From assembly GCA_021776235.1 (NCBI GenBank), contig JAJFGG010000066.1:26904-90903 (forward strand): a stretch of DNA of 64,000 nucleotides. Reading direction: 5' to 3'. This DNA comes from Alphaproteobacteria bacterium. Lineage in GTDB: Bacteria > Pseudomonadota > Alphaproteobacteria > GCA-2731375. The notes beneath the pieces were generated by a model that was given only the letters and a program-made list of their open reading frames with translations, did not search any database and was not told the DNA's origin. Positions within the stretch are counted from its first letter, which is position 1, and every line of letters begins with the position of its first letter. Shown one piece after another: positions 18,859 to 29,014 of the stretch. A program made the translations under genes and the position numbers.

Positions 18859-19752
18859 ATGCAAATCCCGCTGTTTGCAATCGCCTCGGCGCTGGCTATT
18901 CACACGCTTTGGGGTGGCAACCCGGTCGCGGTGAAACTTGGGCTGGAAGCGTTCCCGCCATTGTGGAGTGCTTTTATACGCTTTGCCATCGCGATATTAT
19001 GTGTAGCTGTCTGGGCCCGACTCAACAGAATTCGTATTTGGCCGGAAGCGGGCGAATGGCCCGGCCTTTTCATTCTGGCATTTCTGTTTACGACACAGAT
19101 CATCATGATGAATACCGGCATCAATTTGACCAGCGGCGCGTCCGCTGCCGTCATGACCGCGGCCCACCCCCTATTCGCAGGCCTGTTCGCGCATTTCATG
19201 ATAGCCGGAGACCGTCTGACGATTGGTAAAGTGATGGGATTGTTGATCGCCTTCTTCGGCGTCGGATTGGTGCTGACGGGAGGGCGAATTCCACAGGAAC
19301 TGTCCCACGGGGACATTGGCGATATCCTGGTCCTGGCCAGCACGGTGTTATTGGGCTGGCGGATGATCTGGACCGCGCGGTTGGTAAGCAGCATCGAGGC
19401 GACACGAGTGGTTCTTTGGCAGATGCTACTGTCGCTTGGCGTTTTCGGGACAGGCGCGGTGCTGTGGGAGGACATTGCCTGGGAGGCCGTTGGCTGGATA
19501 CCGGTCAGCGCCTTGGCCTATCAGGGTATTGTCATCGCCGGCCTTGGCTTCATGGTCAATGCCTGGTTGATAAAGCATTACAGCCCGACGGTGATGGTCA
19601 GCTTCGGCTTCATCTCGCCGCTCTCCGGCGTGGCGCTGAGCGCAGTTCTATTGGGCGATGTTCTGACCTGGGACCTGGCGGCGGGCACGGCTATCGTCGG
19701 CGCCGGTATGGTCATATTGGCGCGGCAGGGCGGGCGGCGACCGGAAAACTAG
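18859..19752 (+). CDS. DMT-superfamily (EamA-like) transporter
   Basis: 10-TM protein with duplicated EamA-like halves. Start chosen at the ATG at 18859 (MQIPLFAIASALAI...). Confidence 0.7.
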   Translation: MQIPLFAIASALAIHTLWGGNPVAVKLGLEAFPPLWSAFIRFAIAILCVAVWARLNRIRIWPEAGEWPGLFILAFLFTTQIIMMNTGINLTSGASAAVMTAAHPLFAGLFAHFMIAGDRLTIGKVMGLLIAFFGVGLVLTGGRIPQELSHGDIGDILVLASTVLLGWRMIWTARLVSSIEATRVVLWQMLLSLGVFGTGAVLWEDIAWEAVGWIPVSALAYQGIVIAGLGFMVNAWLIKHYSPTVMVSFGFISPLSGVALSAVLLGDVLTWDLAAGTAIVGAGMVILARQGGRRPEN

Positions 19753-19799
19753 CGCTCGGCGAACCGTCACGGCATAATCCAGGCAGGGAGTAATCAAAT

Positions 19800-21881
19800 A
19801 TGAACGTAAAGCCGGAAATTCACTTTAGTGCCTGCCCACACGATTGCCCGTCGACCTGCGCGCTTGAGGTGGAGAAGTTGGATACCCATACCATAGGCCG
19901 TGTCCGCGGCGCGAAAGACAATGGTTACACGGCAGGCGTGATCTGCGGCAAGGTGGCGCGATACGCCGAGCGTATCCATCATCCCGATCGATTGACCCAG
20001 CCTTTGCGGCGCAAGGGAGCCAAAGGCTCCGGTGTTTTTGCGCCCATTCCATGGGATGACGCTCTGGATGAAGTCGCGGAAGGCTTGCTTCGGGCAGAGC
20101 AAAAGCATGGCACGGAGGCCGTTTGGCCTTATTTCTACGCGGGCACCATGGGCTTGGTGATGCGGGACGGAATTCACCGTCTTCGCCACGCCAAGAAATA
20201 TTCGGGCATGCATGCAACCATTTGCGTGACCTCGGCCTGGAACGGTTTCATTGCGGGCACCGGACGCCTGGCCGGCGCGGATCCGCGTGAAATGGCCCAG
20301 TCCGACTGTTTGGTGATTTGGGGCACCAATCCGGTCAATACCCAAGTCAATGTCATGACCCATGCCAGCAGCGCCCGCAAGAAGCGGGGCACCAAAATCG
20401 TTCATATTGATACCTACCGCAATGGCACGGCGGAACAGGCTGATCTGTTCCTCTGTGTGCGTCCAGGCACCGATGGGGCGTTGGCCTGCGCGGTAATGCA
20501 TGTCCTGTTTCGCGATGACTTGGCAAACAGAGAATACCTGGAAAAATATACCGACTGCCCAGCCAGGCTGGAGGCGCATTTGCGGGACAAAACACCAGAA
20601 TGGGCGGAAGCCATCAGTGGTGTGCCGGTCGCCGATATCGAGGCCTTCGCAAAATTGGTCGGCGAAACACCAAAGACCTACTTTCGCCTGGGCTATGGCT
20701 TTTCAAGGCAGCGCAACGGCGTCGTGAATATGCATGCAGCGTCTTGTATTGCTGCCGTCACCGGCGCCTGGCTGGAAGAAGGCGGCGGCGCCTTTCACAA
20801 CAACGGCGCCATCTATCATTGGGACAAAAGCATGATCGAGGGGCTTGATGTCCTGGACCCGTCTATACGGGTCTTGGATCAGTCACGCATCGGCCCGGTG
20901 CTGACCGGCGACCGCCGTGATCTGGGCGATGGTCCCCCCGTAACGGCGTTGTTCATTCAAAACACCAACCCCATGCGCGTGGCGCCGGATCATAATCTGG
21001 TGCGCCAGGGCTTTGCCAGAGAGGACCTGTTTGTCTGTGTGCACGAACAATTTCTGACGGAAACCGCCCAGGCGGCGGATATCGTCCTGCCGGCCACCAT
21101 GTTCCTGGAACATGACGATTTGTATCAGGGAGGAGGCCATCAATACATTACCTTGGGCCCCAAGGTGGTCGAGGCGCCGGGCGAATGCCGGTCCAATCAC
21201 CAAGTGATAAATGAACTGGCCAAGCGCCTGGGCGCGGAACATGCAGGTTTCGATATGACGGCCTGGGAATTGATTGATTGGACGTTGCAGGCATCGGGCT
21301 GGGGTGATGCGGAAACCCTGCGCGAACAGCGCTGGATTGATTGTCAGCCCGAATTCGCCAGGGCGCATTATATTGACGGCTTTGCCCATCCGGACGGGAA
21401 GTTCCGCTTTGCCCCCAATTGGACGGGTGTGTTGCCCCATGGCTTTGGCCCCGATGGATCGGCCAGCGAGATGCCGGCCTTGCCTGATCATTGGCCGGTC
21501 ATTGAAGAAGCAACCGAGGCCATGCCGTTCCGTCTGGTAACCGCGCCGGCCCGCAGTTACCTGAATTCTTCCTTCACCGAGACGCCGACCTCGATCGCAC
21601 GCGAGGGAAAACCGACGGTCATGCTGCATCCCAGCGATGCTGCTACGCTGGGTGTTGATAATGACGACGTCGTCCATCTGGGCAATGATCGCGGCGAGGT
21701 GCCGATAGCCGTGGAAATTTTCGATGGGGTGCAGCCGGGCGTGGTGGTGGTCGAAAGCATTTGGCCAAACGCAGCTTTTGCCGGCGGCCGGGGCATCAAT
21801 GTTCTTACGGGCGCCGACCCGGTGGCGCCGGTTGGCGGGGCCGCATTTCACGACAACCGAATATGGATCAAACCGGCCTGA
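19800..21881 (+). CDS. Molybdopterin-dependent oxidoreductase (DMSO-reductase superfamily) with N-terminal 4Fe-4S domain
   Basis: N-terminal CPHDCPSTC...C cluster motif and molybdopterin oxidoreductase domains; 693 aa. Specific substrate not assignable from sequence alone. Confidence 0.75.
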   Translation: MNVKPEIHFSACPHDCPSTCALEVEKLDTHTIGRVRGAKDNGYTAGVICGKVARYAERIHHPDRLTQPLRRKGAKGSGVFAPIPWDDALDEVAEGLLRAEQKHGTEAVWPYFYAGTMGLVMRDGIHRLRHAKKYSGMHATICVTSAWNGFIAGTGRLAGADPREMAQSDCLVIWGTNPVNTQVNVMTHASSARKKRGTKIVHIDTYRNGTAEQADLFLCVRPGTDGALACAVMHVLFRDDLANREYLEKYTDCPARLEAHLRDKTPEWAEAISGVPVADIEAFAKLVGETPKTYFRLGYGFSRQRNGVVNMHAASCIAAVTGAWLEEGGGAFHNNGAIYHWDKSMIEGLDVLDPSIRVLDQSRIGPVLTGDRRDLGDGPPVTALFIQNTNPMRVAPDHNLVRQGFAREDLFVCVHEQFLTETAQAADIVLPATMFLEHDDLYQGGGHQYITLGPKVVEAPGECRSNHQVINELAKRLGAEHAGFDMTAWELIDWTLQASGWGDAETLREQRWIDCQPEFARAHYIDGFAHPDGKFRFAPNWTGVLPHGFGPDGSASEMPALPDHWPVIEEATEAMPFRLVTAPARSYLNSSFTETPTSIAREGKPTVMLHPSDAATLGVDNDDVVHLGNDRGEVPIAVEIFDGVQPGVVVVESIWPNAAFAGGRGINVLTGADPVAPVGGAAFHDNRIWIKPA

Positions 21882-21915
21882 CGACCCTTGAACCTACTGC
21901 TCGAAGGAGGATGTT

Positions 21916-22842
21916 ATGAGCCAGATCGAAACCGTATCGGAAAGCCATAGCCCGCTTGCGAACGGCGTCGCATTTGTTGACGGAGACTTTATGCCCGTTG
22001 CCGAGGCGCGGATTCCCCTGTCCGATTGGGGTTTCCTGCACTCGGATGTGACCTATGACGTGGTTGCGGTCTGGGGCGGCGGTTTCTTTCGCCTCGCGGA
22101 CCATTTGGACCGATTCTTTCGCGGCATTGGGAAACTGCATATGCAGTCGCCTTACGACCGCGATGAAGTGGCCGCAATATTGGCCGAGTGCGTGCGCCGC
22201 GCCAGCTTGCGCGAGGCCTACGTCAAAGCCATCTTGACCCGGGGCACGCCACCCGCCGGCAGCCGTGACCCCCGGGATTGTGATAATCGTTTCTATGCCT
22301 TGGCGATTCCCTATGTCTGGATTGCCTCGCCGGAAAAACAAGAACAGGGCCTGCATCTAACGGTCAGCAGCGTACCCCGTATCGCGCCGGAATCGGTTGA
22401 TCCGACCGTAAAGAATTTTCACTGGGGCGATATGGTTCAAGGCCTTTTTGAGGCCTATGACCGGGGCCGCGAAACACCCGTGCTGACCGATGGCAAGGGC
22501 AATATCACGGAAGGACCCGGCTTCAATCTGTTCGCCAGTTTTGGCGGGCGATTGATCACGCCGGCCAGCGGTGTCCTATTGGGCATCACCCGAATGACCG
22601 TGATCGAACTGGCCCAGTCCCTTAACGTCAAAGTCGATGTGGGCGTTTTGCCGGAGGCTGAGTTGCGCCAGGCCGACGAGATTTTTCTCTCCAGTACCGC
22701 CGGCGGCGTGATGCCTGTGACCCGTCTGGACGGCGTCCTTGTCGGCGACGGCAGTCCGGGACCCCTGACCCAGCGCTTGCGCCAGATGTACTGGGACGCC
22801 CATGACGACGACAAGTACGTTACGCGGATCGACTATGATTAG
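21916..22842 (+). CDS. Class IV (fold type IV) PLP aminotransferase (branched-chain / D-amino-acid aminotransferase family)
   Basis: 308 aa; pattern EAYVKAILTRGT... and ...EIFLSSTAGGVMPVTRLDG typical of fold-type IV aminotransferases. Confidence 0.7.
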   Translation: MSQIETVSESHSPLANGVAFVDGDFMPVAEARIPLSDWGFLHSDVTYDVVAVWGGGFFRLADHLDRFFRGIGKLHMQSPYDRDEVAAILAECVRRASLREAYVKAILTRGTPPAGSRDPRDCDNRFYALAIPYVWIASPEKQEQGLHLTVSSVPRIAPESVDPTVKNFHWGDMVQGLFEAYDRGRETPVLTDGKGNITEGPGFNLFASFGGRLITPASGVLLGITRMTVIELAQSLNVKVDVGVLPEAELRQADEIFLSSTAGGVMPVTRLDGVLVGDGSPGPLTQRLRQMYWDAHDDDKYVTRIDYD

Positions 22843-24043
22843 CGGCCGCTAACGGTCCGCTTAGGGCCAGGGCCAGGGGTATCGTGGTCAAGGCGAACAA
22901 ACCGACCACGGCCATGGTTTGAGGTACGCCGTACAGGTCGCTAAGGACACCAAATACGGTTGGCGAAATGGCCCAGGCCCCGATCGTCAGGGTCATGAAC
23001 AGGCCGAAGCCACGGCCATGGCGCTCCGGCGCGACAAATTCCGCCACGCTGGCGTAAAGCACCGACGATGTTCCGTTCAAGGCGACGCCCACTGCCGGCA
23101 ATAGGATCAGGGCAGCTTCCAAGGGCAAGGGCAAAAGCAGCAAAATGCCGCCACCGGTTGCCAGTTCACTCAATACGGCAGTTCGCACAATCCCCAGGCG
23201 TTCGGCAATCAGGCCACAAATCAGCTTGCCGGCGGCGCCACCGGCGAAGGTTAGAACCAGCGCGAAGCCGATGGTTTCGATTTCCGCTCCCTTGCTCAAC
23301 AGCAGGAATGGTAAAAATGTCATGAAACCGGCCCGACTGGCGCCGTCGATCATTGAGGTCGCCGACAGCAGCGCAAAGCCGCGGCGCTGGCGTATGCCCC
23401 AGTCGCCTGGATTTCCAGTTGCCGTTTCGCCAATTTTGGCTTGGGGTAGGCTGCGGGGATGGCCCCCGGCGCCCAAGAATCGGAATAGAAGCAAGACACC
23501 GAGCGCCGCAACTATTCCAAATCCGCCATAGCCGGTGGTTATATAGCGCCAATCCAGGGTCGCCAGGGCCAAGGCAGCCAGACCCGGGACCGCCATTTTT
23601 CCCAGATCACCAGAGAAATTATAGATCCCCAGCGCGGCGCGGCGGGGACCATCCTCATAGGCCCGGGCGACGATGGTGGAGTTCAAGGGGTGCTGTGTAC
23701 TGGCGCCGACGCCCGCTATGGCCAGCGCCACCGCCAGTCCCAGGGCACCGCCGGCAAAGTCCAAAAGGCAAAACCCCAATCCGGCCAATGCGGTGCCAAG
23801 CACCAGGATGCGCCGTTCCCCCCAGCGTTCCGATGCCAGTCCGGCGGGCAGTTGACCAACGGTCATGGCGCCAGAAAAGGTGGAGGAAATGGCGCCGACC
23901 TGGCTCAGGCTAAGCGTAAATTCCGCCTGCCAGATAGGCAGCAACAGGATGATGAGGTCCGCAAAACCGTCATGGATAAAATGGGTCGTGCAAGAGGCAC
24001 CGAGGATTCGCCGGCGCCGCGGTACATCGGGTAAAGCTACCAC
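22820..24043 (-). CDS. MFS transporter
   Basis: 12-TM, 407 aa, MFS-like loop motifs (GERWGERR). Confidence 0.7.
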   Translation of the reverse strand: MVALPDVPRRRRILGASCTTHFIHDGFADLIILLLPIWQAEFTLSLSQVGAISSTFSGAMTVGQLPAGLASERWGERRILVLGTALAGLGFCLLDFAGGALGLAVALAIAGVGASTQHPLNSTIVARAYEDGPRRAALGIYNFSGDLGKMAVPGLAALALATLDWRYITTGYGGFGIVAALGVLLLFRFLGAGGHPRSLPQAKIGETATGNPGDWGIRQRRGFALLSATSMIDGASRAGFMTFLPFLLLSKGAEIETIGFALVLTFAGGAAGKLICGLIAERLGIVRTAVLSELATGGGILLLLPLPLEAALILLPAVGVALNGTSSVLYASVAEFVAPERHGRGFGLFMTLTIGAWAISPTVFGVLSDLYGVPQTMAVVGLFALTTIPLALALSGPLAAANHSRSA

Positions 24044-24843
24044 TTGGCCCCTGGCGGCCGCTCCAAGGTATCGAGGAACCGCAAAACATGGGCATGCAGC
24101 GCCGGGCCCGCGCTGATCACCGATTTGTGCCGCAGGTCCTGTTGGTTATATCTGAAATCCTGACCATGGGAGTTGGTGTTGACGCCACCGGCTTCCGCCA
24201 GGATCAATTCCGCCGCGGCGATATCCCAATCGCTCTTCCCCGATAGCGAGATGCAGGCGTCGTATCGGCCTTCGGCGACAAGGCACATGCGGTAGGCAAT
24301 CGAATTGACCATGTGGATGGTTACCTGTGCGGGTTTGTGGTCGGAGCCGGTGTTCCTGAACAAGTGCCGGCCGGTCAAAAGACGCGCCCCTTCAAAGCCC
24401 GTCGCTGCGCTGACGCGAATGGGTCTTCCGTTCAAGCGGGCGCCGCCGCCCAGCACTGCATCGTAGAATTCTTCGGTGGCAGGATTAAAAACCGCAGCGG
24501 CCAGCGGACGGCCATCGCGCACCAGGGCCGCGCAGACCGTAAATTCCGCGCGTTGTTGGATAAATGCCCGGGTGCCATCAATCGGGTCCACGACCCAGAC
24601 GTCACTGCAATCAAGGCGTTTGGGATCGTCTTCGGTTTCCTCGGATAACCAACCGTAGGTGGGCCGCTCGCCCAGCAGTTTTCCGCGCAACAGGTCATCC
24701 ACCGCATGATCCGCTTCGGATACCGGATCGTCCGGTCCTTTTTGCCAATGCTTTACGCCGTCATGGAAGTAGCTGAGTGCCAGCCTGCCGCCTTCGCGTA
24801 CCGTTTCCAGCAACAAGGCGTAATCCTGTTCCAGTTGGCTCAC
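24037..24843 (-). CDS. Inositol monophosphatase family protein (SuhB/CysQ-like)
   Basis: WVVDPIDGTRAF and WLSEETED motifs of the IMPase/FIG superfamily. Confidence 0.8.
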   Translation of the reverse strand: MSQLEQDYALLLETVREGGRLALSYFHDGVKHWQKGPDDPVSEADHAVDDLLRGKLLGERPTYGWLSEETEDDPKRLDCSDVWVVDPIDGTRAFIQQRAEFTVCAALVRDGRPLAAAVFNPATEEFYDAVLGGGARLNGRPIRVSAATGFEGARLLTGRHLFRNTGSDHKPAQVTIHMVNSIAYRMCLVAEGRYDACISLSGKSDWDIAAAELILAEAGGVNTNSHGQDFRYNQQDLRHKSVISAGPALHAHVLRFLDTLERPPGAKW

Positions 24844-26195
24844 GTCCCAGCCACCATTAAACCGTCGATACGCAACGTGGGCGCATTGCTGCCGTAGCGG
24901 AAGGTCAAATCGTCCGCGGGGGTTATATTCAAAAACATATCTTTCAGGTTTCCGGCGATGGTCAATTCAGACACCGGGTGGGTCAGGGCGCCATTCTCAA
25001 TCCAGAAGCCAGAGGCGCCACGGCTGTAGTCGCCGGTGACGCCATTGACGCCAAAACCAATGAGTTCCGAGACGTATAGACCGGTGGCAACACCGGCCAG
25101 CAGCTCTTCCCGGCTGCAGGCGCCGGGCTGCATATACAGATTTGTCGTACTTGGTGATGGCGGACCCGAGGTGCCGCGGCTGGCATGGCCGGTGGTTGCC
25201 AGGCCCAATTGCCGGGCCGACGCTGAATCCATGATCCAGGTCATCAGTTCACCGTTATCGACCAACAACCATTCCCGGTTTGCCACGCCTTCACCATCAA
25301 AAGGCTTTGATGCCAGGCCCCGTGGTCGATGGGGATCGTCGACAATGGATATGCCGTCCGCGAATACCTTCTTGCCCAGACTGCTCTTCAGGAACGAGGT
25401 GCCGCGGGCCACTGAAATGCCGCTAACGGCGCTTGTGAAATGGCCAAGCATCGAGTGAGCGACGCGGGGGTCGAAAATCACCGGTATTTTCTGGCTTTCG
25501 ACCTTGCGTGGGTTCAGGCGCCCAAGAGCCCGCTCGCCCGCGGCCGTGCCGACGACCGCGGCCTTGGCGAGATCGGCGGCATGGTGGGCAGAGGTGAAAT
25601 CATAATCCCGTTCCATTTTTGTACCTTCACCCGCGATGACGGATGCGAACAGCGAGTGAGATGACGAGGCATAACCGCCCGAAAAGCCGTTCGAAGTGAC
25701 CAAGGCAATGCGGCTACTGCCCCAGCTGGCGCCGGCGCTCTCGGAATTGCTGACCCCCTCAACCGCCAGGGCGGCCGTTTCCGCCTCCGCTGCCATGTCG
25801 TACAGTACTTCCGGTGTTGGCTCCTGGTCGTCGTAGAGGTCAAGGTCGGGAATGTCCCTGCACAGGCGATCGGTTTCCGCCAGACCGCAATACGGGTCGT
25901 CAGGCATGGCGGCCGCCATGGCAAGACCGCGCTGGAGCAATTCTTCCAAGCTGACCGGGGAAATATCGGTCGAGGAAACGATAGCCTGTTTCTGGCCAAG
26001 AAAGATGCGAAGGCCAAGATCCTTGCTCTCTGATCTCTCCAAATCCTCGCGCGCGCCCAGTCGATAGCTGACTTCGAGCGAAGCGGAATTAAACAGAACC
26101 GCGTCGGCGGCCTCTGCCCCGGCCCGTTTCGCCTTGGCGACAAGTTCGGACAACAGATCCAGGTCGTTGGCCGTATCGGCCGGCAGTTGGCTCAT
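24840..26195 (-). CDS. pmbA: TldD/PmbA-family metalloprotease (PmbA-like)
   Basis: About 451 aa with PmbA/TldD fold signatures. Start set to the ATG at 26195 (MSQLPADTANDL...) instead of the longer track ORF. Confidence 0.75.
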   Translation of the reverse strand: MSQLPADTANDLDLLSELVAKAKRAGAEAADAVLFNSASLEVSYRLGAREDLERSESKDLGLRIFLGQKQAIVSSTDISPVSLEELLQRGLAMAAAMPDDPYCGLAETDRLCRDIPDLDLYDDQEPTPEVLYDMAAEAETAALAVEGVSNSESAGASWGSSRIALVTSNGFSGGYASSSHSLFASVIAGEGTKMERDYDFTSAHHAADLAKAAVVGTAAGERALGRLNPRKVESQKIPVIFDPRVAHSMLGHFTSAVSGISVARGTSFLKSSLGKKVFADGISIVDDPHRPRGLASKPFDGEGVANREWLLVDNGELMTWIMDSASARQLGLATTGHASRGTSGPPSPSTTNLYMQPGACSREELLAGVATGLYVSELIGFGVNGVTGDYSRGASGFWIENGALTHPVSELTIAGNLKDMFLNITPADDLTFRYGSNAPTLRIDGLMVAGT

Positions 26196-26339
26196 GCCGT
26201 ATCCCCGCGGTTGGACAATTTCCGTTGCGCTCTGTATAGGCTTTCTGCGTCGCTTTTGCGACTGCTGCCCCATCAAATTGGAAAAATTTGTCACAGTTGA
26301 AACCGCTTGGCGTAAAATTTGCGTAAATATGCTCCTGTG

Positions 26340-26521
26340 CCTGCGATGCCCATGGAGGAATTTCTTTCGGGCATGGCGGCGAACCGCGGCATTCCGCCGG
26401 GCCGTCTGGGTACAGCGCAAGAATTCGCCAACATGGCTTACTTTTTTTGGCTTCCGATGCCGGCGCCCACGTCACCGGAACGGCGGTCAATGCTGATTGC
26501 GGATTTTTGCCCGCAGTGTGA
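26340..26521 (+). pseudogene. C-terminal remnant of a short-chain dehydrogenase/reductase (SDR), frameshifted
   Basis: One frame reads ...GIPPGRLGTAQEFANMAYFF. After a +1 shift in the t-run it continues FLASDAGAHVTGTAVNADCGFLPAV*, i.e. the canonical SDR C-terminus. No N-terminal Rossmann part is present upstream. Confidence 0.55.
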
Positions 26522-26548
26522 GTGGGACAGGAGATCCGCAGCAAGTTG

Positions 26549-26713
26549 CTAAAAATCCGAGACGATACCCTTGCGTTCCCAATCGCCATAGCGGGTTGGC
26601 TCAAGACCCTTGGGGCCGCCGATTTCCGCCGCTGGTTTTTGCTTTTCCGTGGCCGGTTCCGGCTCAACCTTGTTTTCACCGGCTTTTTTTGAAGTCGTCG
26701 ATTTCGTTGCCAT
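26549..26713 (-). CDS. DUF1674-family small protein (SDHAF4-like), 54 aa; not in ORF track
   Basis: Minus-strand ATG at 26713 gives MATKSTTSKKAGENKVEPEPATEKQKPAAEIGGPKGLEPTRYGDWERKGIVSDF*. The C-terminal GGPKG-EPTRYGDWERKG-SDF is the hallmark of DUF1674 proteins. Confidence 0.7.
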   Translation of the reverse strand: MATKSTTSKKAGENKVEPEPATEKQKPAAEIGGPKGLEPTRYGDWERKGIVSDF

Positions 26714-26864
26714 CTAACGCGTCTCCCGCATGGAATATCTTGCCTGGGACGCGACCGACTTGATTGCGCGACCTGCTTGGTATTGCATGACCAGCAGGCT
26801 AGAACCTACCAGTGTCTGGGAATGGAGGCCAAGCATCAATGGCGCCGGCTGACGGGATCAATAT

Positions 26865-28163
26865 GTGATGAGTGATACGGGGCATCGGTCACGGGCCGCC
26901 GCCATGCGGCTTTTGGGCCAGATTTTGGATCGGCGGCAAATGCTGGATCAGGCTCTGGCGGATGATCTGGAGCCGGGCCGGCGGCTGGCCGGTTTGGCGC
27001 CGCGGGATCGCGCCTTTGCCCGTTTGCTTACGGTGACGGTTCTGCGGCGGCTCGGGCAAATTGACGACGCAATTTCCCGTTGTCTGGACAAACCCTTGAA
27101 CCGTGCCGCGAAACCGGCCCTCAACGCGCTGCGTCTTGCCGGCGCCCAGGCTTTGTTCCTCGGCACCCCGGCCCATGCCGTGGCGGACGGCGCGGTCCGC
27201 CTGATGGCACCCCGCCGCCGCCACCTAAGCGGGTTGGTCAACGCGGTTTCCAGGCGCCTGACGCGCGACGCAGCGGCAATTCTGGCCGGCCAGGATGAGG
27301 TGCGGCTTAACTGCCCGGATTGGCTATGGCTGATTTGGTCAACGGCATATGGCGCAGCGGTCGCACGGCAGATGATCGCCGCCATGCTATTGGAGCCGCC
27401 GTTGGACCTGACCTTCAAAAGTGATGCCGGCGCCTGGGCGCAGATACTGCAGGGAGAGGTTCTGCCCACTGGCACTCTGCGTTGCACGGCGGGCGGGGCG
27501 ATTCAGGAATTACCTGGATTTGAGGCGGGGGAATGGTGGGTCCAGGATACGGCCGCGAGCCTGCCTGTGCATCTGCTGGGTCAGGTCGCGAATCGGGATG
27601 TTTTGGATCTTTGCGCCGCACCGGGCGGAAAAACCGCACAATTGGCGGCGTCGGGTGCGCGGGTTACGGCGATCGATAATGCGCCTAGAAGGCTGGCGTT
27701 GCTGCGGTCAAACCTGGATCGGCTCAATTTGCAGGCTGACGCAATTGTTGCTGACGTTTTGACCTGGCGGCCGCCCAGGCCTTTTGAATTCATACTTTTG
27801 GACGCTCCGTGCAGCGCAACCGGCACCATACGCCGGCATCCCGACATCTGGCATTTGCGCACGCCCGAGGACGTTCGCCAGGCCGCGGCATTGCAGGACC
27901 AGTTGTTGTGGGCCGCGATGGAGATGTTGGCGCCTGGCGGGACGCTGATTTACAGCACCTGCTCTCTTCAGCCCGAAGAATGTGAACAAAGGATAGACGC
28001 ATTATTGGCATCGGGCGCGCCGGTGGCGCGGCGGCCCATTGCCGCGGCGGAGCTGTTTGGTATGGATGATCTGATCACCGCCATTGGCGACTTGCGATCA
28101 TTGCCCCATAACCTGGGCGGCATGGATGGGTTTTATGCCTGTCGTCTCGTGCGCGGCGGATAG
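26865..28163 (+). CDS. rsmB: 16S rRNA (cytosine-C5)-methyltransferase RsmB/Sun family
   Basis: NusB-like N-terminus plus SAM-MTase motifs ([29 protein letters not shown]). GTG at 26865 and ATG at 26868 are both possible starts. Confidence 0.8.
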   Translation: MMSDTGHRSRAAAMRLLGQILDRRQMLDQALADDLEPGRRLAGLAPRDRAFARLLTVTVLRRLGQIDDAISRCLDKPLNRAAKPALNALRLAGAQALFLGTPAHAVADGAVRLMAPRRRHLSGLVNAVSRRLTRDAAAILAGQDEVRLNCPDWLWLIWSTAYGAAVARQMIAAMLLEPPLDLTFKSDAGAWAQILQGEVLPTGTLRCTAGGAIQELPGFEAGEWWVQDTAASLPVHLLGQVANRDVLDLCAAPGGKTAQLAASGARVTAIDNAPRRLALLRSNLDRLNLQADAIVADVLTWRPPRPFEFILLDAPCSATGTIRRHPDIWHLRTPEDVRQAAALQDQLLWAAMEMLAPGGTLIYSTCSLQPEECEQRIDALLASGAPVARRPIAAAELFGMDDLITAIGDLRSLPHNLGGMDGFYACRLVRGG

Positions 28164-28224
28164 AACAGGTTTGGATGCCCCCTGGCTTGTTGCAGCCAAC
28201 AGGGCAAACTGCTACCTAGCGCTC

Positions 28225-28893
28225 ATGCAGCAATCCACCCGCATCGCTCCGTCAATTCTCTCCGCCGACTTTGCCGCGTTGGGCGATGATGTTCGGGCGG
28301 TGAGCGAGGCCGGCGCCGATTATATTCATATTGATGTCATGGACGGACATTTCGTTCCAAATTTGACCATTGGGCCAGAGGTGATCGCCGCCCTTCGGCC
28401 CTACAGCGATCTGCCATTTGATGTGCACTTGATGATCGACCCGGTGGATCCCTTTATTCCGGCCTTCGCGTCCGCCGGCGCAAATATCATCACGGTTCAC
28501 GTGGAAGCGGGCGCCCATCTGCATCGAACGATCCAACTGATCAAGGATCAGGGCGCACGGGCCGGGTTGGCCCTGAACCCGGGCACGACTGTTTCGGCTG
28601 TGGAGCCGTTGCTAGAGTACCTGGACCTCGTCCTGGTGATGAGCGTCAATCCGGGCTTTGGCGGTCAGTCTTTCATATCGGGCCAATTGGAAAAGATCCG
28701 GCAGTTAAGGGCCCTCATCGATGGCACCGGGCGCACAATTGATTTGCAGGTCGATGGTGGCATCAACGCCTCGAATGCGGCCGATGCGGTTGCTGCGGGG
28801 GCGGATGTTCTGGTGGCCGGCACGGCGACCTTCATCGGCGGCGTGGACCGTTACGCGGCTAATATAGAGGCGCTGCGGGCGATGCCGGCGTAG
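28225..28893 (+). CDS. rpe: Ribulose-phosphate 3-epimerase
   Basis: [14 protein letters not shown]...[14 protein letters not shown]...[11 protein letters not shown] motifs. Start set at the ATG at 28225. Confidence 0.9.
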   Translation: MQQSTRIAPSILSADFAALGDDVRAVSEAGADYIHIDVMDGHFVPNLTIGPEVIAALRPYSDLPFDVHLMIDPVDPFIPAFASAGANIITVHVEAGAHLHRTIQLIKDQGARAGLALNPGTTVSAVEPLLEYLDLVLVMSVNPGFGGQSFISGQLEKIRQLRALIDGTGRTIDLQVDGGINASNAADAVAAGADVLVAGTATFIGGVDRYAANIEALRAMPA

Positions 28894-29014
28894 AGCGACT
28901 TTCGATTAGATGGCACTGCAAAGGCTATAGTGGTGATGGCGCCGATTGCTCCAACTCTTACGATCTGGGCTATCGGCCATTGGTACGCTTTTGGACTGGG
29001 AATAGCGCGACGAC

